Below, piece by piece: positions 5,333-9,188 of a DNA stretch of 9,188 nucleotides. Every line of letters begins with the position of its first letter. Position 1 is the first letter of the stretch. The notes under the pieces were generated by a model that worked only from the letters and a program-made list of their open reading frames with translations, ran no database searches and had not been told where the DNA came from. A program made the translations under genes and the position numbers. The stretch is from positions 1 through 9,188 of the forward strand of contig JALVPN010000200.1 of NCBI GenBank assembly GCA_027031765.1, in the 5' to 3' direction. Source of the DNA: Promethearchaeota archaeon (GTDB lineage: Archaea > Asgardarchaeota > Thorarchaeia > Thorarchaeales > Thorarchaeaceae).

Positions 5333-6490
5333 TCACCCTTCAACCAGCACTGACACCCTCTCCGCAATGGCACGACCAACAGCACTGGTGCTTGAGGGCT
5401 GTACTGCAGCCCACGGCCCCCTGCACAGGTCTGCAGTCCTGACCTGCCCTTCGCGGAGGACATCGGCCACTGCGCGTTCGACAGTTTCAGCAGCATCCCA
5501 GCATGACCTGTCACCGTGTCGGTCGCCCAGCCAGCGGAGCATCATTGATGTGGCGAGGACTGCGGCCACAGGGTTGGCGGTGCCCTGGCCGGCATGACGC
5601 GGTGCTGACCCATGGACTGGTTCGAATACACCATGCCCGTCCCCTATGTTGGCCGCGGGTGCCACACCCAGGCCGCCCTGTATGGCCGCACCAAGGTCTG
5701 TGATGATGTCACCAAAGGCGTTGGGGGCAACAACCACATCGTAGAACTGGGGCCTGCGCAGACACCACTGTGTCCATGCGTCGACGTATGCATAGTCCAC
5801 AGACACACCGGGGTACTCTCCTGCCACCTCGTCGAAGACCCGTCGGAAGAGCTGGCAGCCTGCGAGCAGGTTGCTCTTGTCAACACATGTCACGCGCCGG
5901 ACGCCGTCCAGTGGCGCACCGTTTCTCTCCATGCTCAGCCTGAACGCCTTTCTGATGACCCTCAGGGCCCCATGGCGGGTGATCACTCGCGTGTCTATTG
6001 CTATCTCCTCGACACCGCCCCTCTTCATTATCCCCCGTGTCGGTGTATATAGCCCCTCTGTGTTCTCCCTGACTATCACCATGTCGATGTCCTTGTGTGT
6101 GACCCCATAGAGCGGTGTTGGCACGCCCTCGAAGAGCCTTACTGGGCGGACGTTCGCGTAGAGGTCCAGGCCAAAACGGAGCCCGAGGACAATGTTATAC
6201 CCGGCAAGGTTCCCGTCCGGGAGGCGCACTGGCTGTCCGGACGCGTCCTCGGCACCCACAGCACCCAGGAGCACTGCGTCCGCCTGGCGCTTTGTGAACT
6301 CCTCCGCCTCCTCTGTCCACTCCTTTCCAGTCCTCACATAGTACTGGCCGCCACACTCGAACTCGTGCACCTGGAACTCTGCCCCCCGGAGTGCGTCCTG
6401 TGCAGCACGCAGCACACGCAGCGCCTCAGTCACGACCTCCGGGCCAATCCCGTCACCCGGGAGCACCGAGATGCGGTATGTCCTGGTCAC
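5333..6490 (-). CDS. leuB: Isocitrate/isopropylmalate (beta-decarboxylating) dehydrogenase family protein, LeuB-like, 385 aa
   Basis: LPGDGIGPEV, LRFGLDLYANVRP, VRENTEGLY, VDKSN, NAFGDIITD, FEPVHGSAP. GTG at 6490 lies 6 nt after GGTG (6500..6497); alternative starts at 6499 and 6496. Family is secure, substrate and cofactor are not. Confidence 0.9.
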   Translation of the reverse strand: MTRTYRISVLPGDGIGPEVVTEALRVLRAAQDALRGAEFQVHEFECGGQYYVRTGKEWTEEAEEFTKRQADAVLLGAVGAEDASGQPVRLPDGNLAGYNIVLGLRFGLDLYANVRPVRLFEGVPTPLYGVTHKDIDMVIVRENTEGLYTPTRGIMKRGGVEEIAIDTRVITRHGALRVIRKAFRLSMERNGAPLDGVRRVTCVDKSNLLAGCQLFRRVFDEVAGEYPGVSVDYAYVDAWTQWCLRRPQFYDVVVAPNAFGDIITDLGAAIQGGLGVAPAANIGDGHGVFEPVHGSAPRHAGQGTANPVAAVLATSMMLRWLGDRHGDRSCWDAAETVERAVADVLREGQVRTADLCRGPWAAVQPSSTSAVGRAIAERVSVLVEG

Positions 6491-6499
6491 CCGCACCAC

Positions 6500-6832
6500 C
6501 TAGTAGTTCCCAAGCCACCCGAGGTCATTCCCGTGGTCGTCGATGATACTCACCACTGTGTCTACCCGCTCGCCGTCGACGTACCGTGTCTTGCACCTGA
6601 TAGTGAACTCCCTCCCACACCTTTCACAGCGCACACGCCAGTCCTCGACCACAGGTTCCAGTCCGTGCCCCTGCAGCTCCTCCTCCGGTGTACGGGTCAC
6701 ACCGAGTAGGCTGAGTTCCTTCCCGTCACACGCGTATGTGCACTCCTTCAGTGGTATTGGCTCCATACCCCTCCTACCGAGGGGCACGAACACCTTGTCT
6801 GGTAGTTCATCAAGGCTCCTCTGTCCGTTCAC
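6500..6832 (-). CDS. Small hypothetical protein with putative zinc-ribbon (C-x3-C ... C-x2-C), 110 aa; alternative GTG starts at 6841 and 6850
   Basis: ORF fills the gap between leuB and the divergent promoter region, and its TAG stop overlaps the leuB RBS. AGGTG (6843..6839) lies 6 nt before GTG 6832. Contains CTYAC, CERC and one further Cys. Confidence 0.78.
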   Translation of the reverse strand: MNGQRSLDELPDKVFVPLGRRGMEPIPLKECTYACDGKELSLLGVTRTPEEELQGHGLEPVVEDWRVRCERCGREFTIRCKTRYVDGERVDTVVSIIDDHGNDLGWLGNY

Positions 6833-6856
6833 TGACCACACCTGTGGCACCTAGAC

Positions 6857-6882
6857 TACCAGTACGGATAAATCCGCTGGTA
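6857..6882. promoter_or_regulatory. Palindromic element with central TATA-like core between divergent transcription units
   Basis: TACCAG-TA-CGGAT-AA-ATCCG-CTGGTA. The centre reads ATAAAT on + and ATTTAT on -, and it is the only AT-rich patch in this intergenic region. Confidence 0.6.
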
Positions 6883-6896
6883 TCGTAGTGGGGCAC

Positions 6897-7835
6897 ATGC
6901 GTCTGATAACATACTCCCGGCTTGGGGTCCCATCCATTGGTGTCGAACTGGATGGGGGCGTGCTCGATATTCCCGAGGCCGCCTCCTACTTTGGGAGGCG
7001 GTACCATGTCCATGGTCACAGCTTCCCACGTACCATGCTCGACCTCTTGGACTGGGACGCTGGAGTGTCCGTTGTCCGTCAGATACTCGACCGCTACCTC
7101 TCTGCTGGTCCTGATGGGCGTCCAATGGTGTACCCATGGTCTGACATCCGCCTCGAGGCACCTGTCCCACGTCCACGCAAGGTCGTCGGTCTGGGCCTCA
7201 ACTACCGTGACCACGTAGAAGAGGCCGGTCTGGAAGTGCCAGAGTTCCCAGTCATCTTCGCAAAGTTCCCGTCAAGTGTGGTCGGTCCCGACGCGGACAT
7301 CGAGCTGCCGGAAGTGACGCGGGCCCTCGACTGGGAGGTGGAGCTCGGGGTCGTGATTGGACGTACATGCAGACGGGTATCCGAGTCAGACGCACTCGAC
7401 TACGTGGCAGGCTACACGGTGGTCAACGACCTCACGGCCCGCGACCTGCAGGCCAGCGATGGTGGTCAGTGGGTGCGTGGCAAGTCCCTTGACGGCCTCT
7501 GTCCCATGGGCCCGTGCATTGTCACTGTCGACGAGCTGGGTGATGGCTCCGGCCTGAAGATGTACACCAAAGTAAATGGTGTGGTCAAACAGGAGTCGAA
7601 CACCGCCAACATGATGTTCAGCGTCCCACAGATCGTATCCTACCTCTCACACTCTTTCACTCTTGAGCCCGGCGACGTGATTGCCACGGGGACGCCCTCG
7701 GGTGTAGGGTACAGGCAGAGCCCTCCCGAGTACCTGCAACCAGGGGACTCGGTCGAGCTCTACATTGAGCGGATTGGGCACCTCCGGAACCGTATCGTCG
7801 CACCTGCAGGCCCTAGTCTGGCCCAGCGTAAGTGA
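6897..7835 (+). CDS. Fumarylacetoacetate hydrolase (FAH) superfamily protein, FAHD/HpcE-like, 312 aa
   Basis: MRLITY start; PRKVVGLGLNYRDHVEE (lid H-x2-E), PVIFAK, DWEVEL (two metal Glu), NDLTARD (metal Asp), GKSLDG, GDVIATGTPSGVG. Alternative GTG start at 6888. Confidence 0.94.
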   Translation: MRLITYSRLGVPSIGVELDGGVLDIPEAASYFGRRYHVHGHSFPRTMLDLLDWDAGVSVVRQILDRYLSAGPDGRPMVYPWSDIRLEAPVPRPRKVVGLGLNYRDHVEEAGLEVPEFPVIFAKFPSSVVGPDADIELPEVTRALDWEVELGVVIGRTCRRVSESDALDYVAGYTVVNDLTARDLQASDGGQWVRGKSLDGLCPMGPCIVTVDELGDGSGLKMYTKVNGVVKQESNTANMMFSVPQIVSYLSHSFTLEPGDVIATGTPSGVGYRQSPPEYLQPGDSVELYIERIGHLRNRIVAPAGPSLAQRK

Positions 7836-9188
7836 CCCTGATGGTCTGCCCCCTCTTGAACACTCCCGCCACCTGCGTCACCTCGCCTGTCAGGGGCGTT
7901 GCAGACACCTCCCCCTCGTCACTCCTGACACTGGTGAGCGTCATGCCGGGCCCGTGCACCACGAAGAGCCGCTCCACGCCCCGTGAGCCCCTCGCCATGA
8001 CAATTTCAAGCTCGCCCTGTGTGCCGTGCCATGTTTCCCGTTCAATCTCGACAGCACCCTGTGTGAAGTGCATCGTTGTGCCTACAAGCGATGGGTGTGG
8101 CCTCTCCGGACGCAACGACAGCAGCCGGCACGAGTGGGGTGCAACGTCCTCCAGGGTGACCTCCGACTCTGACAGGCCGAGGTACTGTGAGTCCCAAAAC
8201 TCGAAGGTATGCTGCGGCCCCTCCAGGCCTAGGTCATCAAGGTCAAGGGTTACGTCACGGGCCCTGTCTGTGGTATTGACCGCAGCGACAATGGCCCAGC
8301 TCCCACATGCGGTCTCCACCCTCTGGTAGAGGCACGTGGGCTCGTCCGTGTCGAACATGTCCGGCGAGGACGCGCCATGTCCATAAGGCGGCAGTATCTT
8401 CTCCAACACCCTGAGCCCATCGTCGTCCAGCCTGCTGATGCGGTCACCCAGGACGACGACTCCCCCGCTCATTGCCACCACCGAGAGCCAGAGCCGCGTC
8501 TCGTCGGGGGTCAGAGAGTTATTGTCACCACTCACGAGGACTGCGTCCGGACAGCACAGCCACAGTCTGCCGTTGACACTCGACTGCACAAGGGTACTCA
8601 CTACCTTCTCACGTATCCCGCCTCCCCACTCGTCAGCCCACACAGGGATGGTCTCACGGCTGCCATAGACCACGTCCACAAGCCCAGTGCATATCCCCAC
8701 TGGTGCCCTGCTTGCCATCACCAGTGCGTCACCAACCGCAGCCCTGATTGTCTCAAGGCCTGTCCTCAGGGCCTCTGCTGGGGCCCGCGACATGTCGTGG
8801 CGTCTGCCGGCTACCATGGCATCTGCAAGGTAGTCTACCTTGAACAGGTCGTAGCCGTCCTCAACAAGCCCTCTGAACACGCTGTCGATGTGTCCCAGTA
8901 CCCGGGGGTGTGTGAGGTCGAGTGCATAGTAGTCACCCAACCAGAGCGCCTCCGAACCCGCGACCACAGGTCTGTTGTCATCGTCCCTGACGAACCAGTC
9001 CGGGTGGTCCCTGAACAGTGCTGACCTGCGGGACGCGACAAAGGGCGCAAGCCAGATCCCGGGACGCAGCCCGTGCCGTCTGACCATTGTTGCAAGCTGG
9101 CCGAGGCCCCCTCTGAAACGGGGCCCAGCAGTCCAGTCGCCCACGGCGGCCTCGTAGCCGTCCTCAACGAGTACCCACCCCACACGAC
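7813..9188 (-). CDS. GH36 (clan GH-D) alpha-galactosidase-like protein with divergent active-site motifs, 5'-truncated by window edge
   Basis: Frame is open to the window edge. It resembles Thermotoga-type GalA: VEDGYE..VGDW, PGIWLAPF, FRDHPDW, YALDLTHP, GYDLFKVDYL, GLETIRAAVG, RLW..PD, followed by a GH27/36-type C-terminal beta-sandwich. Stop TAG at 7815..7813 gives a 23-nt convergent overlap with the FAH gene. Confidence 0.88.
   Translation of the reverse strand, partial: RVGWVLVEDGYEAAVGDWTAGPRFRGGLGQLATMVRRHGLRPGIWLAPFVASRRSALFRDHPDWFVRDDDNRPVVAGSEALWLGDYYALDLTHPRVLGHIDSVFRGLVEDGYDLFKVDYLADAMVAGRRHDMSRAPAEALRTGLETIRAAVGDALVMASRAPVGICTGLVDVVYGSRETIPVWADEWGGGIREKVVSTLVQSSVNGRLWLCCPDAVLVSGDNNSLTPDETRLWLSVVAMSGGVVVLGDRISRLDDDGLRVLEKILPPYGHGASSPDMFDTDEPTCLYQRVETACGSWAIVAAVNTTDRARDVTLDLDDLGLEGPQHTFEFWDSQYLGLSESEVTLEDVAPHSCRLLSLRPERPHPSLVGTTMHFTQGAVEIERETWHGTQGELEIVMARGSRGVERLFVVHGPGMTLTSVRSDEGEVSATPLTGEVTQVAGVFKRGQTIRVTYAGPD

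Noticed and set aside
5326-5514. 63-aa N-terminal extension of LeuC in the ORF track (4057..5514)
   Set aside because: It overlaps the conserved 3' end of leuB in another frame; TTG 5325 gives the canonical MGQTMAEK start with a good RBS.
3521-6490. Calling the cluster hacAB/aksF or lysTU/hicdh (lysine or coenzyme B pathway)
   Set aside because: The small subunit lacks the YLRT Arg, the dehydrogenase lacks carboxylate-type loop residues, and no homocitrate synthase or lysW-pathway gene is in the window. Not fully excluded.
4219-6709. Plus-strand ORFs antisense to the leu-like operon (4219..5010, 5017..5442, 5612..6052, 6095..6709)
   Set aside because: Antisense shadows of strongly conserved genes, with typical His/Val/Pro-rich reverse-frame composition.
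6810-7214. Minus-strand ORFs 6810..7214 and 6856..7176
   Set aside because: Antisense to the FAH gene and crossing the divergent promoter region; no supporting motif.
7832-9185. ORFs 7832..8329 (+), 8377..9024 (+) and 8835..9185 (-)
   Set aside because: Shadow frames of the GH36-like gene.
1-9188. CRISPR array, IS element, integrase or prophage
   Set aside because: No regularly spaced direct repeats, transposase or integrase motifs, or terminal inverted repeats with target-site duplications were seen.

Overview
GC-rich, gene-dense window of probable archaeal origin (GGTG/GGAG ribosome-binding sites, TATA-like boxes, archaeal-type LeuC/LeuD). An Asgard lineage such as Thorarchaeia is inferred from a longin-fold gene; no search was run. 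Left to right: the 3' part of an acyl-CoA dehydrogenase (+); a standalone longin-like protein with Cys/His clusters (+); a 590-aa membrane-anchored exported protein (-); a coupled minus-strand operon of a Zn-ribbon protein plus leuB-, leuC- and leuD-like genes with no synthase gene; a divergent FAH-family hydrolase sharing a palindromic intergenic region of about 46-64 bp (+); and the 3' part of a GH36 alpha-galactosidase-like gene whose catalytic motifs appear remodelled (-). No tRNA, rRNA, CRISPR array or mobile element could be supported. Best leads: the possibly metal-binding longin protein, the FAH + LeuBCD-like + Zn-ribbon divergon as a possible non-leucine (alkyl)maleate/malate pathway, and the GH36 homolog with a non-canonical active site.
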